Below are positions 52,176 to 64,000 of a DNA stretch of 64,000 nucleotides, piece after piece. Origin of the DNA: Lama glama (lineage: Eukaryota); NCBI GenBank assembly GCA_028534125.1, contig CM052816.1, forward strand, positions 71,240,001 through 71,304,000, written 5' to 3'. The notes beneath the pieces were generated by a model. The model was not told where the DNA came from. It was given only the letters and a program-made list of their open reading frames with translations, and searched no databases. Positions within the stretch are counted from its first letter, which is position 1. Each line of letters opens with the position of its first letter. A program made the position numbers and the translations under genes.

Positions 52176-52374
52176 AGATAAACTATCAAGAGTGGAAATA
52201 TTATCAAAATGGAGTTTAAAAGAATGTAATTTTAAAGATTATTTATAAAACAAATCTTCTCTTTTAACGTAAGTCTACTAATTTACAATATCAAACATAA
52301 TTATTTTACACTCACCACCAGTGGTGGTAATAACACACAATTATTAACGACTACTATTTCTACCCAATGACTTT

Positions 52375-52635
52375 TGTTATTTTTTGAAAACCTACTGTGT
52401 GCTGACTGCCTTAATAATTTCTTCATACATATTATCTCTAAATCTGAAAGGTATTTTCCAAAGTTACTAATAGTTGTGGCTATTCTTATTCTTATTTACA
52501 TTTCACATTTGAGGAAAATGAAATTAATTAAACTTTTCATTCATTAAATATTAATTAATTTTCCCAGAGCCAAAAGCTATGGTAGTAGAACTAAGATTTA
52601 ATCCCAAGTCTCCTGCTCTTTTGAACACACTGCTC
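52375..52635 (-). mobile_element. MIR fragment
   Basis: cctactgtgtgc...catacatattatctc...tgaggaaaatgaa...agaactaagatttaatcccaagtct. Confidence 0.6.
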
Positions 52636-54699
52636 AGTTTTTCCTAGAATAGTATAAAAGTTGCTGCTCTAAGTTTTTATAAACTAACTGGAACTTTCTT
52701 CTCAATTCTGGCTTTGCTTTCAGGGAAATGATATATGTAATGTCTTGATAGTCAATCATTTAATCAATTTACATAATTAGAATAACTTGAAAATTACATC
52801 AGAGTGTTTTAAATTAAAAAAGAAACCCCAATGATAATATTTAATATGTTATAATCAAGATTTTGTTATAGACTTGTTAGTTTTACATTTAAAGATGTCA
52901 AAGAATAAATGCAAGTTCCTAAATAATTAAAAAATGTGCTTTTGCAGCCAATGCAGAGTAGAAAATGTGAACTAAAACTTAGATGATTCAAAATCAAAAG
53001 GAGCTATAATTCTGTATTTTTTCAATTCAATCCATATAGTTGCCTAACTCCTGATCATCTTATTTACACTGTGTGCATGTAATCATAAACTATATGGATA
53101 ATTCTACTTACTTAAGATTATTAGCAGGGAAGGAAATTTGTCTCAGCATCAAACTGCAGAAAGTGAATTTTGTTCCCCAATCAAAAACCCCTTTATAATT
53201 TTAAGACAAGTGCCATACAACTTTTATATTATAGTAAAGAATACTTTTTTAGTAAAAATCCATAAACATCCCATTTTTTAAAAAATTTCTAAATAATTAA
53301 AGATGTCACCATGTAGTTTTGCAGGTTACCCTAGTTTCAAGGCACTGGTCTAATGCTTTATTTTTGGAAACCCAGATAATTTCTAACTTATGCCATCAAA
53401 TGCTTGACCCAACATAATAAAAGATACAACTGTTGTTACTATGGTTGCTGTTTCTCCCCTCCTGGGTTGGGTGTTCCGATGTGTTAAAGACATAAGTTTA
53501 CTGATGTTAACGATGACATAGTAGGTAGTTACTATTTTTCCATTGTATAAACTCAGACTTACCTATAAGCATTTACTTATTCTACTGCAATTGCATTTAG
53601 TTTGTTTTGGGGGGGTGACAATTTCAAAAACAAAAAATCCTTCCCCAAACCCCAAAACCTGAGTGCCTCTATGATAGACAGAATTTTCAAACATCCACAC
53701 ATATTACTACTTAAAATAATTATCTTTTCCCCCCACATCAAAGTTTATATAATTAGGTGAAACACAGTAAAGATGACTTTTTTTTTTTTGCCTGTTAATA
53801 GAGATTGCCTGACATTTTAGCTTTAATGCCAAAATATAAAAGCAGTTTGTAATGTGTCCAGAATTGCCTTCCCTTTTCCCTTACAGAGCACTTAGGTGTC
53901 ATGTTAAGCCTGAGGCAGCTCTGTCTAGAATTGTGTTTACTGTATTCCTTTCAAAATGCAGCACAGAATCTTATCGCTTATCAGTGCATAAAGTCTAACA
54001 GATTGCAGACTCAAATTTCCCCTTCCAGGCAATGTTGGGTTTCACTATTGTTTGCCGTGACAAAGGTTTTCATGAATTCTCCAGCTTGGATTTCTGTCTT
54101 GTTTTCCTTAGCATAACCCTCTAGGTGACCAGTCAGCATTTTTCGACTTCTAGAAATTGTTCAAAATGTTACTGCGAAAGCGCACTTTAGAATTCCATGT
54201 ATTGCTTTTAACTCTTTTTTTTTTTTTGAAAGAAGTTATACTGGGTAGTTTCAGTTGCATTGAAAAGAAGAAGCAATTAAATCTTGTTTGCAGGTGATAC
54301 TACTGTAAACGAGGTTGCTTGAATTTGGTGAAAGCAAGTATATTCACCATTCACTCTGGACTGCAATTTTGAATCTGTAGGAAGTGGGAACTATCTTGGC
54401 TAAGTACAAACTTAACTATGTAGACTTTTTTTTTTTAATGTCAGAGCCATTCATGTATGACCACTTTAGATAATTTAGAGACACTTTACAAATGTATTGG
54501 CTGTGGATCTGAAGAGTTTCTTAGAGACTGAGCAAATAATTTCCATCCTTCTCATCAGAAAATCAATTCCAATTTTTAGATACTACTCAAATTGAATAAT
54601 TCACTTCCACAGGCAGAATACTTTCTGTTGACTGAATTACTACATTCAGTCCATTCACATATTTTGGGTTTTACCAAACCCAGTGGACATGATCACCTA

Positions 54700-55290
54700 G
54701 TTATTTCTCTGCTCTGTCTCCTCTGCACTGGCTCCCTTCTACTGCTGTAGGTGGCAAAAACTGCAAGGCCCTTAACTAGTCCTCTCACTTCTAAATCATC
54801 TCCACACTGCTCTAACAGCATGCCTTATAAATCCCTAATGTGATCATATCATTTCCCTCTTAAAATCCTTTAATGGCACAGTGTCTCCTACACTGTAAAA
54901 TCCAAACCTCTCAGGAAGTCCCAGCATGACTTTCATGATCTGACTTTGCCAACATTTCTAAATTCACCTCCCGCGATGCTATTAACTCCTCTGCCACCCC
55001 AAAACAAATGTGCATTTCTCCAATGACATTAACTTGTTTTTTCCTTTTTGTTTCCTTTTTGTTTTTTTCCAACAAATCTTTTTGCTTTATATTTGTTGTT
55101 GTGCACTTAGCCGGAAATGGTCTTCTCTTATTGTGTGCTACCCTTATTGTCTGCACCTTATTCCCGTCTGTCCGTCTATTAAGTCTCAGTTCAAATGCAG
55201 TTGCCTATGGGAAGCCTTCACTAATGTTCCCTGACACGATCAGGGATATTTTACTCTGTGTTTCCATTGCGATGGCCACACCGTGGGCTT
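54700..55290 (+). mobile_element. L2 fragment
   Basis: tctccacactgc...tgatcatatcatttccctcttaaaatcctttaatggc...taaaatccaaac...gtctcagttcaaatg...gggaagccttc. Confidence 0.75.
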
Positions 55291-55768
55291 TAGCATGCAT
55301 ACAGCAGATTGGTGGAATTACTAGCCAACAAATACATACACACAGACACTGCACTGACCTGTAAACATTTGAAAGTTGGCCAAATAGGAAGAGTTTAATA
55401 TATTTGTTTGTTAGATAAATAATGAAAGTAATTGCCTGCTATAAACAAAAATTGAGAACCATTTGAAGGCCACAGCTCCACACTTCAGTGTGCAGTGTCC
55501 TAGATGTTCTTCATTCACACACTCATTCACTGAAGACCAACTTATTGAGTATCTCCTAGTGTATGTCCTTATAACTGTGAGAACACTGTGTACATGTGCG
55601 TGGGTAGTGGAGGTGGAGAATGAAATATAAGATGCTATTGTATCCTCTGTGGCTCTATAGTCAACCTTTCTTCTAAGGTTATTCTCAATCCTCAGTAAGT
55701 GTCTGAGATACTCTCCTTTGTCACAAGTGAAATGAGCTAAAATAAATGTGCTATCAAAGCTCCTTACC

Positions 55769-55770
<2 letters not shown>

Positions 55771-55801
<31 letters not shown>
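55771..55801 (+). repeat. (AC)n microsatellite
   Basis: About 15 AC units. Confidence 0.95.
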
Positions 55802-55803
<2 letters not shown>

Positions 55804-58800
55804 CAGGCAGGCACACAGAAATGTTGGGTCAAATATAATGAAAAGTAACATATTGCTAAATTCTAAGAATGAATGAAGAATGTATGGATCTTAAAAATGA
55901 AGGTGAAAAATCAGAGCCAGAGTAGCAAAGAGAAGGCTGAACATTTCAGTAGTCCATTGAGAATGAAAATACTCTTTTAGTCTTTTTACAGTTTCTCGTG
56001 CATGGTTTGTTTAGAGGAAATTCTCACATCAGCCTGCTGCAACCCTAGAGAAACAGGAGATGTGAACACCGGGACTCCACTGGCCAGATTATCACTCATC
56101 TAAAGATGCCTTTTGAAAAATATCAAGCCCAAACTAAGCAATGTAAACAAGTAGAAACATAATAGCTTTGACCTTCTCTGTTCTTCTTTTCATCAATTGT
56201 TTTAATTTTTAGAAATTTAGATTTTCTTTGAGAATATAAGGAAAATAGTCTCTCCCTACAATTTTAAACCTTCAGTATACCCGCATTTGCTTTTATTCAA
56301 AGAAATGTTGGGAAGACTTCCCAGACCTTCAAAATTGCCAAGTAGCAGAAAAAAATTTTCAAATAGAGACTCTACTTTAGAAGGAAAAACAGACTATTTG
56401 ATCTCCTTCGGCTTTTATCACTCATGCTCTTTCTTTCATTTGTTGTTTGAAAGCCCAATGTAATCCTTTTTTATAGTAGATTCTTGGTTTACAGAGGACT
56501 TTCAGATGCTATTAAGAGTCAGAGGTTAAAAAGAAGTCTTAAATCATTAGACACACAAGGCTAGATTTCTGAGGCTGAACAAATGTACAAATGTTTACAC
56601 GCTGCTCCAGGTCTGAATGATTACATAGTCTATAACTCGAGTCTCATGGTTTAAGAAAGATCATTTTTCCCATATTTTCCTCATACATGTTGAGAATATT
56701 ACACTCATTTACATTCTCCTACATTTTAAATATTCCAAAGAGAATAAACAAGAATGAAAATTAAGGTTGAACATTTTTTCCCATCAAACTATCTGAAAAT
56801 AAATAGTTTAATCATTTTTTCTGTGTTTTAGAAATTGAATTGTATTAACTTAATAATTCATAAATATTTTATGTTCATGACTATTACTACTAAAATATAA
56901 TTTATATAGAAAAGACAAATGTGAAATATTTATAATTTTTTTTAATTTTATGAAAATACATGGGTCCCTGTAAAGAAAGAACAAGTTTTACTTTTTGCAA
57001 CCTTTGGTGTATCCACCAGTAAGTGTAAAATTGTTGAAACAGTTTACTGTACTGGACTTTAATTCTAGCCTATGATTTGTTCTTTCACCTTCTGCCAGGT
57101 GTCACTGCTGTGTCACCTCCTTCCAGAGGCCTTCCCTGACCACCACATTTCAGATCAGTCCCTCCAGCCTGCTCCGTCATTGGGCTGTGCCATTACAAAT
57201 TACCTGCATCAAATATCGTTGTCCTCCCTGCGTAGATTGCTTTAGACAGATATTAAGACAGTAAATAGCTGAGGCAATGAATTGGAAGATATGTTACATA
57301 AAAACTCTATTTTTAAAACATTTCTTTAGGAAACGTAACCCATATTCTGAGACCTGTTATGTGCAAACTGCAACAAATTACAGAAATCTGTCTTTTCAGA
57401 CTGAATACTGCAAAGAGAGAATTTGTGTCCTAACACAAAGACACAACATTGATTAAATTAACCCCACTGCTAAACCCGAGGGTTGGTTGAGTCTTTTTAG
57501 GAAAACTAGAATCAAAGCCCTTAAATCCAATTTTTAAAAATAAGAAAAATTACTAACCATACAATTTTACCCAAATTTCATAGTGATTTTGAAACATAAA
57601 AATTCAGTTTATAAATTCTACTCTATTACTTGTAGTAGAACAATTTTGAAGAAACTCTGCTAAAGAACAATTTAACACCTCTAAAGAAGGCACTAGCATT
57701 ATGGTAGAGCCGTCTCAATTGTGAATGAAATATATTCCTGAAAACTTGGATAAAAATTAACCACTGTACCATGAATCTTACATGCTTGCTGGATTTCTGT
57801 TTCAAATCAGAGATTGTAGCATTAACACCAGTCAGACTTTTATCTTCAGGACCTTGGGGTCTGAAGGTACAGCAGATCGTTATTATGGATTAACTGTCAT
57901 AAAAGTTTTTCTGTAATAATATTTTCTATTTTGATGAATAACTTTGTCTATAAGTTGATTCAGTAAGATAAGCGACATAAACTGGAATTGACATAAAGAT
58001 AGTAAAAATTATTTTCAATTTAATCTTGTTTCTTCAGGCTGAGATCTATAGTTGCTTAGCAATAGCGAAGTTTTTCTATACTCAACAATCAGAAATGATC
58101 TCTTAAGATTCAGAAAGATGATAGTACTGGTCAACTGAAAAAAAGTAGATGTCTGTTTTACATTTATTTTTTGAAAACAAAAGCTAATCGTGTGAGATAT
58201 TTGAAATCTTTTGGTCTTTAACACATTCTGACTAATCAAGGTTTCATTGTATGTGAGACAGCAGTATTAACACACACTCAGCAATGTTTCAGAAAGATAG
58301 TAGTTGTGTCCTTTATTCTGCTTAAACCTAGAATTACCAGAGAATTCTGGCAGACTGGAAGTTGCCAAGCATTACCCTCAAATTTAGTTTCAGTAATTTA
58401 GTAAAAATATTTGATATGACAGATTTGCACAGGAATTTTTTCTCGGCTAATGTTACAAAACAGTTTTACAGACACACAATTTGTTAGTCAGACCTGTCTT
58501 ACACATGTCCCAGAGAAGACGTGGACTAGTCAGGGGCAGGGAGACAGAGAACTGACCATATTTACTGCCACCATCACCAAATAAAACTTAAAAACCTCTC
58601 TCCTCAGGTTTCTCTTACTCCCTGGATTTTTCTTTCTCACTTTGTCCGCAAACTCCCCCTTTCCTACACACTTTCTCAGCGCTGTACCTCCTTGGCCTCC
58701 CTCCCACCCTCCTTCCTGCCTTTTTTCCACACTTTTTGTTTTCTCATCTCTTTTCTCTTGTCATCACTTGTCATGTTTCTTGGTTCACTCACACACTTAC

Positions 58801-60087
58801 TCACTCTCACATGACACACACCCTCCTCACGGTCCCACCTGTCTTACACCCACACTCTCACCGACCCCCTCACTCCCTCCTTGACCCCTGGGTTGGCTTT
58901 TTTTTTTTTTTTTCGTGATTAGTATACTATGTGCTCACTGGTGAATAATGTGTTGGGCTTTTTTTTTTTTTTTAAGTATTTGGATCATATACACAGTGTT
59001 TGCTCCTGAGCATTCAAGGCTGGTCTCTTGGTCATCTCTTCTTTTTTTCTTTCCCTTCTTTTTTTTTGAAACATAAAAGAGATCTGTTGGCAAATGTATG
59101 AATCATTAGGGAACACAGATGAATCAGGTAGTTTTCAGTGTATTTTTATTTATGCCCCCTGTATTTACAGATTATTGTCACTGAATGCAAACAGCCAACT
59201 GAATCAGGTATGCTCATTTAAAAATAACTATTGTAAAATGTCCTTCTTTCTTCCATCAAAATAATTTAAATCTTGAACACATACCTTTTTTCCTTTCTGC
59301 AGAGTTTTTTTCTTTCCTCTACTATCCCAAAATTTGAGAGCTGAGATCAGGCCTTAAATTTACTTAGCATCCCAAAATGCAAGTCATATGTTCCAGTGTG
59401 AAGCCAAGACACATCACTGTCACCTACTGGGCTTGTTAAAAACTATGATTCCATTGAAATGCTGACTCTGTGAGTCTGGAGGAGACACAGGAATCCGTAT
59501 CCTTCATAAGCTTTCCAGATGGAGCAAGTTCTGGAATCACTTCCAAGGTCTCAGATCTAGCTCAAAAAAGAAAGTAAGAAGTTAATAATGTAATCATGGA
59601 GATAATGGGACCAGTACTGTCTTTCTCCCAGATAAGTAACCAAAAGCTCAGAAGTAAAATTATCTGGTATTGACTAGACTAGCATAACTTTTTTAATATC
59701 TTACACGCAAGCAGAAGACCCTTTTATTATTGTGAAGTTAGCATTAATATACTAAGTAAGAAAATGTTTCATGAAGTTTTTTGAAAGTTCAGCTTATATA
59801 TTTTCCTTATTAAAATTGGAAAAATAATCAGTTTTCTCATACAAAATGAATGCCTTGTATTATAAACCATAAAAAGTGTTTGGCTGTGCTGTGAAGAAAA
59901 AAAAGGCTAATTAATCAATAATTTATTTTATAATATATTATCAACTTTAATATTTGTTTCATAGAAGAAGAAATATTTTATATGCCTAAGAAGAACATTG
60001 GGAAGTCCCTAAGGGAAAAGGACAAGAATTTTTGGCCTCACCACTGAGAATTTTCATATTCATATAACCTGTTTGTAGCTGTCATAG

Positions 60088-60238
60088 GTTTTTTTTGAAG
60101 TATAATTGACATACATTATATTAATTTCAGGTGTACCACATGACTTGATATTTGTATGTATTACAAAATGATCACCGTGATAAATCTGGTTAACCTCCAT
60201 CCCCACACAGAATTACAAAATTGTTTTCTTCTTGTGGT
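60088..60238 (-). mobile_element. L1 3' terminal fragment (L1MA9/laurasiatherian type)
   Basis: ttttgaagtataattgacataca...tttcaggtgtac...aaatgatcacc. Confidence 0.75.
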
Positions 60239-60924
60239 ATTTTAGTCAATAACTTATATTTTAATTTTTTAAGTATCTAATTCCACCACATACTTTTTAT
60301 TCATGTATTCCCAGATTGTCAGAAGGGTGCGATTTTCAAAAAGGTAAAATAAGAGTGAGAATATCCTTTTGTAGGACTACGACCAAGTCCTTCTTTTGCA
60401 ACCTAAAAAGTGATGTGTCCACTTCTCATGTTTATCCAAGGAGGCTGTGCGCACTCAGACTCCCTTTGTTTCCTTTTTTCTTTATTGCTCTGTGGTACAC
60501 ATGTCAGCTTCTAGGATGATGAATCATCTAGCCCGTTAGAGTCAGGATGGATATGGATGTCTGAGATGGGATGAGTGATAAGAGGATAAACACATGGAAA
60601 GGAAAAACAATTTCCCGGCATAATAAAATAAAAAGTAACCCACCCACAAAGCCAGACAGGTGTCTCTGAGCTTCTAACTAATGGCACTTTTCTAATAACA
60701 TATTAGATGTGAAACAGCTTCTTATTTTAATAGTGAAAGATTAATATTCATTGAAAATAAGCTGTAGATGGTGTTAAGAATGCCAAATGTGTATGTGTGA
60801 CATATATTAGACGTATATATGATAGAATGCTATATATGCATATATATGTGTGTATCATATATGTATGATAGGATGCTATCTATCTTTTATATGTATACCT
60901 AAAAGTATATATATAAAAATATAA

Positions 60925-61085
60925 GGTGGGAGGGTATAGCTCAGTGGCAGAGCGTACACTTAGCATGCATGAAGTCCTGGGTTTAATTCCCAGTACCTCC
61001 ACTAAAACAAATAAATAAACCTAATTGCCTCCCCCCAAGTAAGTAAGTAAGTAAGTAAGTAAATAAATAAAACAATTAAAAATAA
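60925..61085 (+). mobile_element. Camelid tRNA-derived SINE (long form) with (AAGT)n/(AAAT)n tail
   Basis: gggagggtatagctcagtggcagagcg...cttagcatgcatgaagtcctgggttt...cccagtacctcca...aaacctaattgcctcccccc. Confidence 0.92.
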
Positions 61086-62144
61086 ATTTATGTATATATC
61101 TCTATTAGATACTCTTGTCCTGACCTGATGTTGTATATTAATCACCACAGGAAAAAATCTTGAGGGTCATCCTATAATCTAGAAAATTAATGTAAAGATG
61201 CAGCTAAATTTTAAAATAAATTTATTCTCAGTTGCACTTGAACCACCATAGTGAGTAAACATGAACAGATCATTGAATGGGGACATATATAATTAAGGAA
61301 GTCCTTTAATTAGATGACTAAGGAGTCACATTATCCTCAGATGAGTTCATATTCGGAAATGACCCTTGATTATGATCTAATGTTCGTGGGGCAAAATCAT
61401 AAACATTTAGTTCTGAAAGAGACTGGAAAAAATGAGCTTCTAGTCTGGGAGGTGAATTAAAAATGAGAGAATCAACTCTGGTTTAAAGCAGTCATAGAGA
61501 TGGGTCTGTGGGAGATGGAAGTGACTGCTGGGCTTAAATATGTCCAGATTCATTTAAAGTAAATTATGAAATAAAACCCCACTCTAAGTCCAAACCAAAA
61601 ATATCTATTGGACCACTAGCTCATGATTTAGTCTCATGCCTTCATTTTTCCCCTAACGTCACTGAAGTATAATTTACATAAATAAAATTCCCCCATGTTA
61701 AGTACACAGTTTGATGAATTTCTTCCAACTTGTACCTTTGGGTAACTGCCACCACAATCTAAATTTAGAAGAAACTTCAAAAAGTTTCTTCAACTTGCTT
61801 TCAGTCTGCAAGTGAGTGAACTGAAATGTAGAGAGATCAACCTGTCCTGGGATTTGACATAAGCTGGTTGCAAAGACTGGTTTAAAATTTGTTTAATTTA
61901 ATTTAATTTACAAAGCTTTAATTGTGGTCTGCCGTGCTCCAGTCACCAAGGAGAAAATAAAAGAGAGAGGGAGAGGGAAGAGAGAGAGGATGTCAGAACA
62001 GGGAAAGCAAAGGTCACGGAAAAAGATACCTGACATCCTGAAGAGGAGGAAACCAGAGGACGCTTCACCCAGTAAGTGACCCTTGAGTTTAGATTTGACT
62101 CTCAAATTAGTAGATACTTTGGGGAGGATTTATTTATTCTTTCA

Positions 62145-62820
62145 TATATTTAGTCATTATTCCAAGTAATTTTTACTTCTGGTTCAGCATGTGTCAAGCA
62201 CTGTGACAGGATCGGAGGCATCAAGGCTGCACATAAACAGGCAGAGTGTCCTATGATTAACGATTAGTGAGGGATAGGGATTGACGGATTTAAGGATTCC
62301 CAAAGCATATACTGATAAAAACTGCAAGAAAATGTTAAACCATAGGAAAACGAAGGGCATGGTTTGGTGGTGGAGGAAGACTTCCTTGAGGAAGAGCATA
62401 AGTTGTGATCTAAATGATGTTACATTAAAAGAACAAAAGGAGGGAAGAAATAGTTCCAGTAAAGAGAAAAAGATGGTGAAGACCTGAAATAGAAGAGGAT
62501 ATTTAGCTGAAAGAAAGCCAGTATCAAGCACAGTGACCAGAAGGAACAGGACAAAACAAAAGCAGAAAGAGAGACTGGGCGTTCTGTCCACTCAGAATCC
62601 TGTTGAGTGCTGCTCAAAGTCGGCATCAATTCTGATTCAGTGAGTGTGTGATGGGGCCCTGGAATGTGCATTTCCAATCAGACCTCAGGTGACGTGGACG
62701 CCTACAGCACTTTTTACAGTAGCCCTGCTGTAAGCCTTCTTAAGCCTTTACAAATGGAAGCTATTAGAAGAATTTTAAACATGATTATATTTGTGGTTTA
62801 AAAACATGACCCTGACGACA
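62145..62820 (-). mobile_element. L2 fragment with an embedded MER5-like piece (about 62600-62730)
   Basis: tgtgtcaagcactgtg...ggaagacttccttgaggaag...gctgaaag. MER5-like tctgattcagt...gggccctggaatgtgcatttcc...caggtga. Confidence 0.6.
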
Positions 62821-63095
62821 GTATGAAAGTTTTCTCTTAAAGCAGAGAGAAATCAAGTGTTTCAAAAAAGATTATCCTATTTATTGAATTCAAATGAAGA
62901 AACTCAGGTGAGTTTAAATAAAAGTGCTCTCTATGTGAATCAGAGGGTTGGGGATCCTTAGATCTTCAATGATGTAGAGGAGAGTTCTCATTTTTGCAAA
63001 AGCAATTGTGACAGTTTGAATTTTATAAAAGTGACCAAGTAAATACTGAATTATTTCTAGGGAAAAAATTTAGAATAAGCAATCATATTATTTTA

Positions 63096-63680
63096 TTTTA
63101 TTTTTTGAAGTATAGTTGATTTACAATGTTTCAGGTGTACAGCAAAGTGATTTAGTTGTACATATATAACATAGATTTTTTTTTAGATTGTTTTCCATTA
63201 TAGGCTATTATAAGATATTAAGTATAGTTCCCTGTGCTATACAGTAGCTCCTTGTTGTTTATCTATTTTATATGTAGTAGTGTGTATCTGTTAATCCAAA
63301 ATTCCCAATTTCTCTCTCCCCCTTTCCCCTTTGGTAACCATGTTTGTTTTCTATGTCTGTGAGTCTGTTTCTGGTTTTTAAATAAGTTCATTTGTATAAT
63401 TTGTTTTAGATTCCACATATAAGTGATATCATATTATATTTTTTTTTCTCTGTCTGACTTGCTTCACTAGTATGATAATCTCTAGGTCCATCCATGTGCT
63501 ACAAATGGCATTGTTTCATTCTGTTTTATGGCTGAGTAATATTCTATTGTATATATATCTTTATCCATTCATCTTTAGGGACATCTAGGTTGCTTTCATG
63601 TCTTGGCTACTGTAAATAGTACTGCTGTAAACATTGGGGTGCATGTATCTTTTTGAATTAGAATTTTTGTCTTTTTAATT
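63096..63680 (-). mobile_element. Artiodactyl-type LINE-1 3' end (3' UTR plus ORF2 end)
   Basis: gaagtatagttgatttacaatgtt...tatagttccctgtgctatacagtag...agattccacatataagtgatatcat...ggctgagtaatattc...cattggggtgcatgtatc. Possible TSD TATTATTTTA (63086-63095, 63681-63690). Confidence 0.9.
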
Positions 63681-63699
63681 TATTATTTTAATTAAGTAC

Positions 63700-64000
63700 A
63701 AATATACATATATGAACAATTTAAAAATTAAAGGTATCAAATTTATCTGTATGATGAAATATTGTTAGAGGAAAGGAATGCCTGAGAATATTTCCAAGAT
63801 TGCTCTCATTTTCTGATATAAAGAATGGTTAATATTCTTAACATACAAAGAGCTTTGACAAATGAACAAGAATACAAAGAAGAAAACCATGGGGTGATGA
63901 GCAAAAGATTTGAATGGAAGTAGAAAAAAAAAGGCAAATATCTATTAAGTTCATAAACAGCTATTTGATATAACTAATAAGAAAACAGAGATATTGACTA
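63700..64000 (+). mobile_element. Old L1ME-type ORF2 fragment
   Basis: gagaatatttcca...aagaatggttaatattcttaacatacaaagagct...tgagcaaaagatttgaatgg. Confidence 0.6.

Noticed and set aside
55411..55851. 146-aa ORF with CVCVCV run (similar at 30350-30677)
   Set aside because: Translation of (TG)n microsatellites and L2 sequence
60788..60915. Repeated atgatag(a/g)atgctat units in a TA-rich tract
   Set aside because: Explained by slippage in low-complexity sequence
1..64000. CRISPR array, operon, defence system or other novel multi-gene system
   Set aside because: Mammalian repeat-rich non-coding DNA with no regularly spaced repeat-spacer array and no cluster of long ORFs

Overview
AT-rich, repeat-dense eutherian genomic DNA, intronic or intergenic. 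It is almost certainly from a camelid, because it carries five tRNA-derived SINEs of the Vic-1 type. I found no convincing host protein-coding exon, RNA gene, CRISPR array or operon-like system. The only ORFs with recognisable homology come from transposons. Main contents: (1) a young 5'-truncated LINE-1 (13663-14922) with a perfect 17-bp target-site duplication (TSD) that spans a 500-N assembly gap; (2) several MaLR solo LTRs, some with intact 5-bp TSDs; (3) a MER77-like ERVL provirus fragment (LTR, two tandem tRNA-Leu primer-binding-like sites, gag/pro remnant) nested in an old L1; (4) a MER41-like LTR; (5) a ~3 kb class I ERV gag-pol fossil that lacks RT; (6) MER119, MER58A and Tigger2a DNA-transposon relics plus MIR, L2 and L3 fragments. 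Unique stretches hold candidate regulatory elements: a CTCF core with upstream motif, a CpG-retaining motif cluster, a GATA cluster and an X-box. Repeat family names are recalled from consensus sequences, not from a search. I see no evidence for a previously undescribed biological system; the findings are modest and testable.
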